A stretch of DNA of 64,000 nucleotides from Candidatus Peribacteraceae bacterium (GTDB lineage Bacteria > Patescibacteriota > Gracilibacteria > Peribacterales > Peribacteraceae): the NCBI GenBank assembly GCA_028711345.1, contig JAQTSK010000002.1, positions 228 through 64,227 of the forward strand. The letters run 5' to 3'. The position numbers were made by a program, and so were the translations under genes. The notes under the pieces were generated by a model. It saw only the letters and a list, made by a program, of their open reading frames with translations. It had not been told where the DNA came from and ran no database searches. Each line of letters begins with the position of its first letter. Position 1 is the first letter of the stretch. Below, one piece after another: positions 37,046 through 46,246 of the stretch.

Positions 37046-38998
37046 GTGGTACACTCCCGCTCTATGGGAGAACTCCGGAGAGCTTTCCGGTCATCCATCG
37101 GGTATCTGTCCGCGCAGGATCTGGAAGCGGTCATGGCGGCTCTGGATGCAGCGGAACGATGCCATGCGGGTCAGATGCGGGAATCCGGTGAGCCGTACGT
37201 TTCCCATCCGCTGACGACGGCATTGTATCTGGCGCAGCTGGAAGCCGGACGGGATACGCTGATGGCGGCGCTTCTTCATGATGTCATCGAGGACGGTGGC
37301 GCGACGGACGCGGAGGTGATGGCGCAGTTCGGGTCGGTGGTCGCGTCATTGGTTCAGGGTGTCACCAAGATCGAAAAAACACGTTTCGAAGGCGATCCTT
37401 CGTTCCGTCAGGTCGCATCGTTACGCAAGCTGCTCCTCGTCGCGGCAGAAGATGTACGTGTCCTCGTGATCAAAATTGCGGACCGGCTTCATAACGTAGA
37501 AACGTTGGCCTCACTCCGTCCCGACAAGCAGGAGCGCATCGCACGGGAGACGCTGGAAATCTATGTACCCTTTGCTCGCACACTGGGACTGTGGGAGTGG
37601 AAACGGCGCATGGAAGAACGTTGTTTTCCGCTTGCCTATCAGGAGGAAAGCGCACGTTGGCGTATGGCGATCGCGGAGCGGCGAGTCGCGCTGGCTGACG
37701 AGCGGAACCGTTTCGTGGCACAGTTCAATGAAGTGACGGAGAAGCGCGTCGAGCCGGCACTGGTTCCGATGACGGACTACGAACTCTTTCAGCGGCTGTA
37801 CCGTGATCCTGCCAGGCTTGCACAGTCCAGCCAGATTGATTCGGTGGAAGTCATCATCCGGCATGCGGCATCCCCTCTCGATTGCTACCGTGTCGTGGGT
37901 GAAATACACACCCGTTACCCCGTGCGTTCGCTGTCATTCCGTGACTTCATCAATGCACCGCAGCCGAGCGGATATCGCGCACTGCATACGACGGTCTTTC
38001 TCGCGAAGGATCACGAGCTTCGGCTCCGTATCCTCACGGAGGAAATGGCGATGTTCTCCTCACGGCGCAAGCTCACGGACTGGACGGAGCAGCGGGACTC
38101 CGATATTCGCATCGCGCTCTCGTCCTTAAGCCAAACGGGGTTCGACCGGCACCGGTACATGACCGACCTGAAGGATACCGTTCTGGATCGGATGAATGTG
38201 TTCACGACGGGCGGGGAGATTTTGTCGCTGCCGAGGGGTGCGACAGGTGTGGACTTCGCCTTCTCCGTCAATCCGGACTATCTCTCGTCGCTCGCAGGTA
38301 TCCGCGTGAACGGCGAGCTGTACGAGGCCATCCATGAACTGAAGGACGGCGATACCGTGGAATTGTCGCTGCTCGACGCCCCTCAGAGCGGCACGGACAT
38401 GCGTGTGATGTGGATGGAAAAAATGAAGTCCGCGGAAGCACGCACTTCATTGCAGCAGGAACTCAAGAAGCTTTCCGCAGACGATCAACGCGCCGCCGGA
38501 TACGATTTATTGAAATATGAAGCGCAGAAACGTCGTCTGCCGCTCTGGTGGATTTCCTCAAGTGCGAAGATGCAGCGGCGGCTCGCGGCCGGTCTCGGCA
38601 TTGAGCGCTTCGATCAGGTGCTGACCAGAGTCGGCTCCGGCGAACTGGGGGTCCGGACGGTCATCGAGAAATATCGTGAACTGCTGGAAATGCCGGGCAT
38701 GCTGTTATGGATTCTTCGTTTCTTTCGTCTTTTGCCCCATTCAAGAGTCCAGGATAAGGAAGCGATGATCATGAAGATCGATGTTCTCGCCAACGACGTT
38801 CCGGGCATGATTTACAATGTTTCCAAGTGTTTCGCGGAACGGAGGATCAACATCGCGGACTTCAAGGTGTACGCGGTACCGCCGGACAGCGCTCTCTACC
38901 ACATTCGTTGCGAAGCGAAGAGCTTTGACGAGTTCTCGGATCTCTTCGATGCGCTGGGGCAGGTGCCGAATGTGAAGCGGGTCTTGCGTAAGAAATGA
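37046..38998 (+). CDS. rel: bifunctional RelA/SpoT-homolog (p)ppGpp synthetase/hydrolase
   Basis: HD domain (HPL..ALLHDVIED), synthetase domain (..GYRALHTTV..), TGS and ACT regions. The start may be ATG 37064. Confidence 0.9.
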   Translation: MVHSRSMGELRRAFRSSIGYLSAQDLEAVMAALDAAERCHAGQMRESGEPYVSHPLTTALYLAQLEAGRDTLMAALLHDVIEDGGATDAEVMAQFGSVVASLVQGVTKIEKTRFEGDPSFRQVASLRKLLLVAAEDVRVLVIKIADRLHNVETLASLRPDKQERIARETLEIYVPFARTLGLWEWKRRMEERCFPLAYQEESARWRMAIAERRVALADERNRFVAQFNEVTEKRVEPALVPMTDYELFQRLYRDPARLAQSSQIDSVEVIIRHAASPLDCYRVVGEIHTRYPVRSLSFRDFINAPQPSGYRALHTTVFLAKDHELRLRILTEEMAMFSSRRKLTDWTEQRDSDIRIALSSLSQTGFDRHRYMTDLKDTVLDRMNVFTTGGEILSLPRGATGVDFAFSVNPDYLSSLAGIRVNGELYEAIHELKDGDTVELSLLDAPQSGTDMRVMWMEKMKSAEARTSLQQELKKLSADDQRAAGYDLLKYEAQKRRLPLWWISSSAKMQRRLAAGLGIERFDQVLTRVGSGELGVRTVIEKYRELLEMPGMLLWILRFFRLLPHSRVQDKEAMIMKIDVLANDVPGMIYNVSKCFAERRINIADFKVYAVPPDSALYHIRCEAKSFDEFSDLFDALGQVPNVKRVLRKK

Positions 38999-39023
38999 TT
39001 ATATATTATAGTCATATTTGATT

Positions 39024-40145
39024 ATGAACGATTCATCACCAAAATATTCGTACGTTAAGGATGGGGGCAGCTGTTCTTACGCCGCATGTGCAGATGCCTA
39101 CGCAACACGCTGGTCCAGCGGATTTCGGGATCCGGCTTATGAGTATGGAGTCAATTCGAATCTGAATGCATTTCTGATTGAACTGGCAGAGCAAGGTATA
39201 GGCATTAGAGATGCTCATCTATTGCATTGTGGTCCGGGGGTTGGTATGACTGATTTAGACTCTCGCAGTATCACAATGTTAGGAGGGTCGAATCGAAAAG
39301 GGAAGGTCATGGAGGTCGATTGGTCGCCAAAAATTCTAGGTGATGCTCATACCAATCTTTTGAAGCGTGGATTGCGTCCAGAGCATATCGTGCTTGCACA
39401 GGATGATTTTTCGGATGGTCATTGTACGCGTTTCGATAATGTAGTTAGTCCGCAAGTTGGACTTATCACTTGTGCTCAAGATCTCAGAAATTTTAGTAGT
39501 TGGTTGTCGGATAATGCCTGTTCGGAAAAAATTGCATCGCATAACATTTCCACACCGAGAAACGGAGTCGTGGATCAGAATGCTTCCGATATCGTAGATG
39601 AAGGTGGTCTTGAGTATCTGGCCACACAACAGAAAGAAAACGGCAATGTTCGCGTAGCAGTTGCCAATCTGGTATTGGATGGTTATCACTTCGAAGAGGA
39701 GGCGTCTTTTAGAGAACGGGTTGCGGAGTTGCGTGATAATCACCTGGTCGGTGATGATGATGTTCGCGATGCACTTGAAGCTTGGCATCAAATTGTTGCA
39801 GAGAATGTGGAGTATGTATCACTGCAATTTCTTACCAAGCTTTTCCGTCTTTTTCCGGAAGCGCGTCTCTTTGCTGCGGTGCAGTTGAATGTTACTTACT
39901 CTGGAATCGACACCTTCCAGCGTATCAATATGGATAGGCTTCGAAGATTATTATTCCAACACAATGGTATTGAACTTGTGCAAGATACTGAAGCAATCAA
40001 ACTGAATGATTCCGAAGATCCGATCCCTCATATCCACGCAGTCGGAGTGTTCAAGGGCAGAGTAAGACTGAAGGAAGAAGTTTCAATTGTTCCCTCAATC
40101 CAATCTGAAACCATATCTGAAGAGACCCGAGGCTCGGTTGCTTGA
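39024..40145 (+). CDS. hypothetical protein, possibly class I SAM-methyltransferase-like
   Basis: LLHCGPGVGMTD and VMEVDWSPKIL resemble MTase motifs I and II. Clearly AT-richer than its neighbours. The track start is TTG; ATG 39024 is used here. Confidence 0.35.
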   Translation: MNDSSPKYSYVKDGGSCSYAACADAYATRWSSGFRDPAYEYGVNSNLNAFLIELAEQGIGIRDAHLLHCGPGVGMTDLDSRSITMLGGSNRKGKVMEVDWSPKILGDAHTNLLKRGLRPEHIVLAQDDFSDGHCTRFDNVVSPQVGLITCAQDLRNFSSWLSDNACSEKIASHNISTPRNGVVDQNASDIVDEGGLEYLATQQKENGNVRVAVANLVLDGYHFEEEASFRERVAELRDNHLVGDDDVRDALEAWHQIVAENVEYVSLQFLTKLFRLFPEARLFAAVQLNVTYSGIDTFQRINMDRLRRLLFQHNGIELVQDTEAIKLNDSEDPIPHIHAVGVFKGRVRLKEEVSIVPSIQSETISEETRGSVA

Positions 40146-40163
40146 TCGGTGATAGAAACTCGT

Positions 40164-40658
40164 TCATCGGGAACCCAAAGATGTCGGGATTGTGTTGAGG
40201 ATGTACCGCTTCACATTCGCGAATATCTCCGTCCTCTCATCCATCACCTCGATCTCTCCCCGCGTGAACCACCGCATTTCCCTCGCTTCGAACGCATCCA
40301 GAACGAGGGCTTGCGATTCATCGATCGGCCGCGCGAGGAAGAGGAAGTCCATGTGCTGATGCGCGGGTTCATTCCGTTCTTTCGATTCGGGAATATTTTC
40401 GAGGAGCATCGCAATGGGCTTCTTCAACATCCGGCCCTCATTCGGATTGCCCGCAAACAGATCAGCCTGGTCCTCGCCGACGATCTCCACGTCCAGCCCC
40501 GTCTCCTCTTTGCACTCACGCCGCGCGGTTTCCTCCGGCGTCTCATCCGGGTCCACGTGTCCGCCCGGTGGCATCCAGCGCTGAAGACGTTTGTGCCAGA
40601 GAAGGAGCGTGCGGTGCCGCGAATCGAGGATGAAGGCGGTGGTGGTGAAGTGGCGCAC
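40164..40658 (-). CDS. NUDIX hydrolase
   Basis: Nudix box GGHVDPDETPEETARRECKEETG. The track N-terminal extension runs through the repeat arm and the opposite-strand gene, so a GTG start at 40658 is proposed. Confidence 0.7.
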   Translation of the reverse strand: MRHFTTTAFILDSRHRTLLLWHKRLQRWMPPGGHVDPDETPEETARRECKEETGLDVEIVGEDQADLFAGNPNEGRMLKKPIAMLLENIPESKERNEPAHQHMDFLFLARPIDESQALVLDAFEAREMRWFTRGEIEVMDERTEIFANVKRYILNTIPTSLGSR

Positions 40659-40660
40659 GG

Positions 40661-41136
40661 GAGAAAGGGAGGATGAGAGGATGGAGAGGTGAGAGAGGAT
40701 GAGAGGAAGGATGTTGTGATACAATTGAAGCTTCCTATGGCAGAGCGCCCATATCAGAGGCTGATCGCTTGGAAGGAAGCTCATGCTCTCTGCCTGCGAG
40801 TATATGAGTATACGAAAAAATTTCCATCCGAAGAGCAATATGGATTGAGGTCTCAGATGCGTCGTTCAGCGTATAGCGTTCCGACGAACATAGCAGAAGG
40901 CAACGGACGAAAAACGATTCCTGACAAAAGGCATTTTTTGGATATCGCGACCGGTTCCATTGAGGAGTTGCACTACCAGTGCATTCTTGCACGTGATCTG
41001 CACTACATAACTGCCGAGGTTTGCATTGAGCTGCATGATCGCATCCAACGTACCGGTTACCTCATCCACAAACTGAGACTTTCATTGTAGATTTCTTCTC
41101 ATCCTCTCATCCTCTTTTTCTTCTCATCCTTTCTTC
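40661..41136. repeat. inverted-repeat-flanked cassette carrying four-helix-bundle gene 2
   Basis: Purine-rich arm built of GGATGAGAGG words (40661-40713). Complementary CCTCTCATCC-word arm (41092-41136). Imperfect. Confidence 0.65.
40737..41090 (+). CDS. four-helix-bundle protein ('23S rRNA intervening sequence protein' family)
   Basis: ..YQRLIAWKEAHALCLRVYEYTKKFP.EE.YGLRSQMRRSAYSVPTNIAEG......D...FL.IA.GS.EEL.YQ..LARDL.. Confidence 0.8.
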   Translation: MAERPYQRLIAWKEAHALCLRVYEYTKKFPSEEQYGLRSQMRRSAYSVPTNIAEGNGRKTIPDKRHFLDIATGSIEELHYQCILARDLHYITAEVCIELHDRIQRTGYLIHKLRLSL

Positions 41137-41152
41137 GTGCGATTATTCCTTC

Positions 41153-42136
41153 TTATCGCTCCGTTCCAAGAGTCAGCATCATCACCTCCGGCGGCGCGGA
41201 CAGTCTCACTCTCGGCCCCGATTCGCCGACACCGCGCGTGATCGCCAATGTCGAACCGCTCTGTAGCGTGAAGATGCCCTGATCGAATCGCTGGGGGATG
41301 TGGATGGGGAGCGTCGAGAGTGCACCGTACCACGGGAGCCGGATCTGACCGCCGTGCGTGTGACCGGAGACGATGAGCTGTGCCTGCGATGCCAGAGGGT
41401 CCAGGACGACGTCCGGATTGTGGGCGAGCAGGATCGTCGGCGTCCCGGGAGCAATGCCGTCGAAAGCACCGACGATATCGGCTTTGCCGGCCCACGGATC
41501 GTCGATGCCTGTGATCGTAAGAGTCTCGGTTCCCAGGTTGACAGTAGTATTCGTGTTCTTGAGTACGGTGATGCCGAACGATTGCAGCGTCTCCATCACC
41601 AGATCGGCTCTGTCGGACGAGGGTCGTTTCTTGGGCAGGAGTGAGCGCGATATCCCGTGATCCTGATTGCCGAGCACGGCGAACGTCCCCACGGTGGGCC
41701 GGAGGTTCTTGAGCGGCGCGAGTGCCGTGAGTTCGGCGTTCGTCACCTCACTCGACAGGACGAAATCGCCGTCCAGCACGATGATGTCGGGTAGCAGCGC
41801 ATTGGTCCGGCTCACGAGGCGTTCGACGAACGTCCGTCCTTTGTACGGTCCGACGTGCAGGTCGGAGATGACGACGATTTTGACCGGATGCTCGAGGGGG
41901 AAGGGAATGTCCGCTGTCGTCACGGTGATGATCCGGGGTTCGATGAACGAGCCGTACATGGAAAGCAGAACGCCGAGGAAGCAGGTCCATCCGACGGCTC
42001 TCACACCGAGTCGCGCAGCCAAACGTCTGCGGGGATTTTTGCGGAGCCACACACGGGCAGCCACCGAGATACCGCATCCGAATGCGAGGACGGAGAGGAT
42101 GATGATGTCGAACGGGAAGGTGAGCAGCGAAAACAT
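41153..42136 (-). CDS. membrane-anchored metallophosphoesterase (YkuE-like)
   Basis: ISDLHVG, LDGDF, GNQDH, GHTHGGQ calcineurin-like motifs after two TM segments. Confidence 0.8.
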   Translation of the reverse strand: MFSLLTFPFDIIILSVLAFGCGISVAARVWLRKNPRRRLAARLGVRAVGWTCFLGVLLSMYGSFIEPRIITVTTADIPFPLEHPVKIVVISDLHVGPYKGRTFVERLVSRTNALLPDIIVLDGDFVLSSEVTNAELTALAPLKNLRPTVGTFAVLGNQDHGISRSLLPKKRPSSDRADLVMETLQSFGITVLKNTNTTVNLGTETLTITGIDDPWAGKADIVGAFDGIAPGTPTILLAHNPDVVLDPLASQAQLIVSGHTHGGQIRLPWYGALSTLPIHIPQRFDQGIFTLQSGSTLAITRGVGESGPRVRLSAPPEVMMLTLGTER

Positions 42137-42210
42137 CGCGGCACAGTATGACGGGTTCAACCCAAGAGCCAATTGCCAAGAGACGAGCGGTGTAGGGGAA
42201 TAGGGGAGTA

Positions 42211-42301
42211 GCACGTGCGTGTTGCACGTGGTCGCATGGGCATCGTGCCCATGGCGGTGTCACGGCGACAATCGCCGTGCAACCATCGGCTATAAGCCGA
42301 T
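42211..42301. repeat. four consecutive 19-nt hairpins
   Basis: CACGTGC-GTGTT-GCACGTG, CATGGGCA-TCG-TGCCCATG, CACGGCGA-CAA-TCGCCGTG, CATCGGCT-ATAA-GCCGATG, starting at 42211, 42234, 42260 and 42283. Confidence 0.8.
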
Positions 42302-42352
42302 GCTACGGTCTTGCAAGCAATGTCGAGTCAGTGTCAGTAACCTGTTCTCGAA

Positions 42353-42697
42353 TTAGAGTCTCGTCGACAACCTCGGTGCCGGACACACGCCCAGTCTCTG
42401 GAGCATGACGAACGCGATATCGCTCACTGCGGGATCGGAACACTCACTCGAGTACCCAGTGAAGTCGACGGTGTTGAACGTCGCCCCTGCACCGATTCCG
42501 AGTGAAGGAATGTGGGAGACGGGACGATCGGGCAGCCACGACGGTCGGACGGTGTCATTGGTTATGCTTGTCGTCGTTGTCCAGTCGGCTGCAGTCGGTA
42601 CCGCGGATTCCGGGTAGGCATCTGAATCTCCGCCGGCAATGCCGATGACCGGAACCAAGAGGAATGACGAGATCAGGAGGGAGGAGAGGTGTTTCAT
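42353..42697 (-). CDS. hypothetical secreted protein
   Basis: 114 aa with the signal peptide MKHLSSLLISSFLLVPVIGIAGG. Confidence 0.4.
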   Translation of the reverse strand: MKHLSSLLISSFLLVPVIGIAGGDSDAYPESAVPTAADWTTTTSITNDTVRPSWLPDRPVSHIPSLGIGAGATFNTVDFTGYSSECSDPAVSDIAFVMLQRLGVCPAPRLSTRL

Positions 42698-42781
42698 ATG
42701 TTAGGGGGAATATGGGAAACGATGGTATCAGGAATCTCCTCGGGAAGACAATGCAAGTTTACATTGCGAGATCAGTGTCGA

Positions 42782-45757
42782 TCAAAGCACTTTCTTCAGA
42801 TACTCCCCCGTGGCATTCCCTTTGGCAGCCGCCACTTCTTCCGGCGTTCCCTTCGCGACGATCTTCCCGCCGCCGTCACCGCCGTCCGGCCCGATGTCGA
42901 TGACATGGTCGACCGACTTGATGACGTCCAGATTGTGCTCGATCACCAAGACCGTATTCCCTCTCTCCACCAGCCGTTGCAGGACGTCCAGCAGACGCCG
43001 GATGTCGTCGAAGTGGAGGCCGGTCGTGGGTTCATCGAGGATGTAGAACGTCTTGCCGGTGGCGCGCTTGGTGAGTTCCGTCGCCAGCTTGATCCTCTGC
43101 GCTTCGCCGCCGGACAGCGTGGTCGCGCTCTGACCCAGATGAATGTAGCCGAGACCGACGTCGCACAGCACCTGCAGCTTGTTCTTGATCGACGGGAACG
43201 ATCCGAAGAACTCCAACCCTTCCGCGATGGTCATATTGAGCGCTTCCGCGATCGTCTTGCCGCGGTAGGTCACTTCCAGCGTTTCGCGGTTGTAGCGCTG
43301 TCCTTTACAGGTTTCGCAGGTCACGTAGACGTCGGGCAGGAAGTGCATTTCTATCCGCTTGAGTCCGTCGCCTTCGCAGTCTTCGCAGCGGCCGCCGGAG
43401 ACGTTGAAGCTGAAGCGTCCGGGTTTGTACCCGCGCAGTTTCGCTTCCGGCGTGAGGGCGAATGCGTCGCGGACTTCCGTGAAGATGCCGGTGTATGTTG
43501 CGGGATTGCTGCGGGGCGTTCTGCCGATGGGGGATTGATCGATGACGATGGCTTTGTCCACGTACTGCAGTCCGCGGATTTCCTTGAAATCCTGTCCCTT
43601 GGCGTGCGCCTTGTTCAGCACCCGCTGCAGTTCCGGCGCCAGAATCCCGTGGATCAGGCTGGATTTCCCCGAGCCGGATACGCCGGTGATGCCGATGAGG
43701 CAGCCCAGCGGGAACCGCGCGTCGACATTCTGGAGATTGTGGTGCGTCGCGCCGGTGATCTCGATGAAGTTGCCGTTGCCCTTCCGTCGCTTCGCCGGCA
43801 CGGCGATTTTCTTCTTTCCGCTCAGGTACTGCCCCGTCACCGACTTCGGATTGTCGACCAGCGTCTTCGGCGAACCTTCGGCGATCACTTCGCCGCCGTG
43901 CTTTCCCGCACCGGGTCCGATTTCCAGCAGCCAGTCGGCGGATTCGATGGTTTCCTGATCGTGCTCAACGACGATCACGGTGTTGCCGATGTCGCGGAGG
44001 CGTTGGAGCGTGGAAATCAGCTTGGCGTTGTCGCGCTGGTGCAGACCGATGGACGGTTCATCGAGCACGTACAGCACGCCCTGCAGCGCGGAACCGATCT
44101 GTGTGGCCAGCCGGATGCGCTGTGCTTCGCCGCCGGAGAGCGTGGCAGCGGAACGATCGAGCGTTAAGTACTTGAGCCCGACATTTTCGAGAAACGTGAG
44201 ACGGGCGACGATTTCGGAGATCACTTTGCGGACGATGGTGTATTCATAGGATGACAAAGAACCAGAGGATTGAGAGGAAGCAGAGGAACCAGAAGAATCG
44301 GCAATCGTCATTTCCTTTGGTTCTTCTGGTTCTTTTGTTTCCTTTGGTTCCTTCCTGTTCGGAATCAATCCCTCAAAAAACTTCCGTGCTCCGGTGATCG
44401 ACATCCCCGATCCCTCGACGATGTTCTTCCCGCCGACCGTCACGCCGAGGATTTCTTTCCTGAGGCGCTTGCCGCCGCAGTCCGGGCAAGGGAGCTCGAA
44501 CATGTACGCTTCGATCTGGGAGCGGACGTAGCTCGAATCCGTCTCGTTGTGTCGCCGCTGCAGATTCGGGATGACGCCTTCGTAGGTTGTCTGGTAGTGA
44601 CCGTCGAACTTTTCGGTGAGGAAATCCACATCCACTTTGTCCGGATGACCGTGCAGGATGATGTTCTGAACTTCGGGCGTCAGTTCTTTCCACGGAACGT
44701 CGAGCGAGAATTTGAGTTTCTTCGCGAGCGCAGTCAGCGTCTGGAGCATGAAGCTCATGCGTCCCGCCGATGTGGCCCACGGATGGACCGCCCCTTCGTT
44801 CACGGTGAGATCTTTATTCGGAATGATGCTGCCCTGATCGATCTGCAGAATGTTCCCGATGCCGTGGCAGTGCCCGCAAGCACCATGCGGGGAGTTGAAG
44901 GAGAAGCTGCGCGGCTCGATCTCCGGAATGCTCAGCTCAGGATGATCGGGATCGATGAATTTGTCCGAGAACTTCACCAGATTGCCGGTGTTGTTGTCGA
45001 GGATGAAGAGCATACCTTCGCCCTTCCTGAGCGCCAATTCGACGGAATCCGCGAGGCGCACACGGTGGGGATTGGGCGTTTCGACGACGGTGCCGCTTGA
45101 AAGGGTTTCTTTCGTCGGAGCGAAGTCTTTCACGATCATCCGGTCGATGACGATCTCGATGTCGTGGGCTTTCTTCGGATCCAGAGCCAATTCCTCATCG
45201 GTGGTCACGATCTGTCCGTCGACGCGCATCCGGACGTATCCTTCCCGTTTGATGAGGTCGAGGATCTTCTGGTGTGCGCCCTTCCGTCCCACGACCTGCG
45301 GAGAGAGCAGGAGAATTTTCTTGCCGGCCGGCATGGCGGTGATGATGTCGGTGATCTGGCTGGGGGATTGACGCGTGAGGAGCTTGCCCGTGATGGGGGA
45401 GTGGACTTTGCCGACCTTCGCCCAAAGGAGTCGCATGTAGTCGTAGATCTCCGTGATCGTCCCGACGGTTGACCGCGGATTTCGCGGGGCGGTCTTCTGA
45501 TCGATGGAAATGGCGGGACTTAAGCCCTCGATGGAATCCACTTCCGGTTTCTCCATCTGCGCGATGAACTGCCGTGCATAGGCGGAGAGCGATTCGGCGT
45601 AGCGCCGCTGCCCTTCCGCGAAGATCGTGTCGAATGCGAGCGAGGATTTTCCTGAGCCCGACAAGCCGGTGATGACGGTGAGGGCGTTGCGGGGAATGCT
45701 CACATCGATGTTCTTCAGATTGTGCATCCGCGCCCCTTTGACCTTGATGAAATCCAT
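42782..45757 (-). CDS. uvrA: excinuclease ABC subunit A, with a low-complexity in-frame insertion
   Basis: Two ABC ATPase modules (GLSGSGKSS, GVSGSGKSS; LSGGEAQR twice) and zinc-finger Cys motifs. Extra ..KEPKETKEPEEPKEMTIADSSGSSASSQSSGS.. segment. Confidence 0.95.
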   Translation of the reverse strand: MDFIKVKGARMHNLKNIDVSIPRNALTVITGLSGSGKSSLAFDTIFAEGQRRYAESLSAYARQFIAQMEKPEVDSIEGLSPAISIDQKTAPRNPRSTVGTITEIYDYMRLLWAKVGKVHSPITGKLLTRQSPSQITDIITAMPAGKKILLLSPQVVGRKGAHQKILDLIKREGYVRMRVDGQIVTTDEELALDPKKAHDIEIVIDRMIVKDFAPTKETLSSGTVVETPNPHRVRLADSVELALRKGEGMLFILDNNTGNLVKFSDKFIDPDHPELSIPEIEPRSFSFNSPHGACGHCHGIGNILQIDQGSIIPNKDLTVNEGAVHPWATSAGRMSFMLQTLTALAKKLKFSLDVPWKELTPEVQNIILHGHPDKVDVDFLTEKFDGHYQTTYEGVIPNLQRRHNETDSSYVRSQIEAYMFELPCPDCGGKRLRKEILGVTVGGKNIVEGSGMSITGARKFFEGLIPNRKEPKETKEPEEPKEMTIADSSGSSASSQSSGSLSSYEYTIVRKVISEIVARLTFLENVGLKYLTLDRSAATLSGGEAQRIRLATQIGSALQGVLYVLDEPSIGLHQRDNAKLISTLQRLRDIGNTVIVVEHDQETIESADWLLEIGPGAGKHGGEVIAEGSPKTLVDNPKSVTGQYLSGKKKIAVPAKRRKGNGNFIEITGATHHNLQNVDARFPLGCLIGITGVSGSGKSSLIHGILAPELQRVLNKAHAKGQDFKEIRGLQYVDKAIVIDQSPIGRTPRSNPATYTGIFTEVRDAFALTPEAKLRGYKPGRFSFNVSGGRCEDCEGDGLKRIEMHFLPDVYVTCETCKGQRYNRETLEVTYRGKTIAEALNMTIAEGLEFFGSFPSIKNKLQVLCDVGLGYIHLGQSATTLSGGEAQRIKLATELTKRATGKTFYILDEPTTGLHFDDIRRLLDVLQRLVERGNTVLVIEHNLDVIKSVDHVIDIGPDGGDGGGKIVAKGTPEEVAAAKGNATGEYLKKVL
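44259..44352. repeat. inverted-repeat element embedded in frame in uvrA
   Basis: GAACCAGAAGAA (44286-44297) pairs perfectly with TTCTTCTGGTTC (44321-44332). Extended imperfectly by GAACCAGAGGA / TCCTTTGGTTC words. Confidence 0.65.
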
Positions 45758-45892
45758 AAGCGAAACAATAAATAAAAACTACGATCTCTAGCGTGACCAT
45801 AGCCGAGAGAGCTTACACCAAAGGGAACGGGTTTGTCGAGGGTAAGGCTCCGGATTCCTGAAGGAGGGATGTGCTTCCCGAACCATCGGTAC

Positions 45893-46177
45893 TCACCATT
45901 CGCGCGTTTCATCATTGTAAAAAACCGGCTGGAACGGTCGCCGGATGTGCTGTCCCGTTTGCGTGAGCAACTCTATGGCCCGGTCTTTCATCCTCTCGCC
46001 ATGGAACACGATGCGTAGTGGAAGATCTTTCCCGATACCCCGATGTCCCCGCAGCATGTGTGCGATCTCTTCGGCGACATCGCGGGAGGTGTCCTGAATC
46101 GCGATGGAGTACACGCCGATTTCCAGACATTCTTCCGGCTGATAGATATGCCGATAGGACCGTTTCATAGGAGACAT
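45893..46177 (-). CDS. hypothetical protein
   Basis: 94-aa ORF downstream of the STAS-like gene, same strand. Confidence 0.35.
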   Translation of the reverse strand: MSPMKRSYRHIYQPEECLEIGVYSIAIQDTSRDVAEEIAHMLRGHRGIGKDLPLRIVFHGERMKDRAIELLTQTGQHIRRPFQPVFYNDETREW

Positions 46178-46246
46178 GCAGAACCTATGACGGAACTCCG
46201 CTCATAAATTTGTCTTGTCTGGAGGATGGGAGTTTACGATCCCGTA

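Noticed and set aside
40659-40838. 60-codon N-terminal extension of the NUDIX ORF.
   Set aside because: It translates the low-complexity repeat arm and overlaps the opposite-strand four-helix-bundle gene. The Nudix fold needs none of it.
42211-42301. Possible CRISPR array, because of regularly spaced short palindromes.
   Set aside because: The four units differ in sequence, there are no identical direct repeats or spacers, and there are no cas genes in the window.
45758-45892. SOS (LexA) box upstream of uvrA.
   Set aside because: No CTGT-N8-ACAG or GAAC-N4-GTTC type palindrome was found in the spacer.
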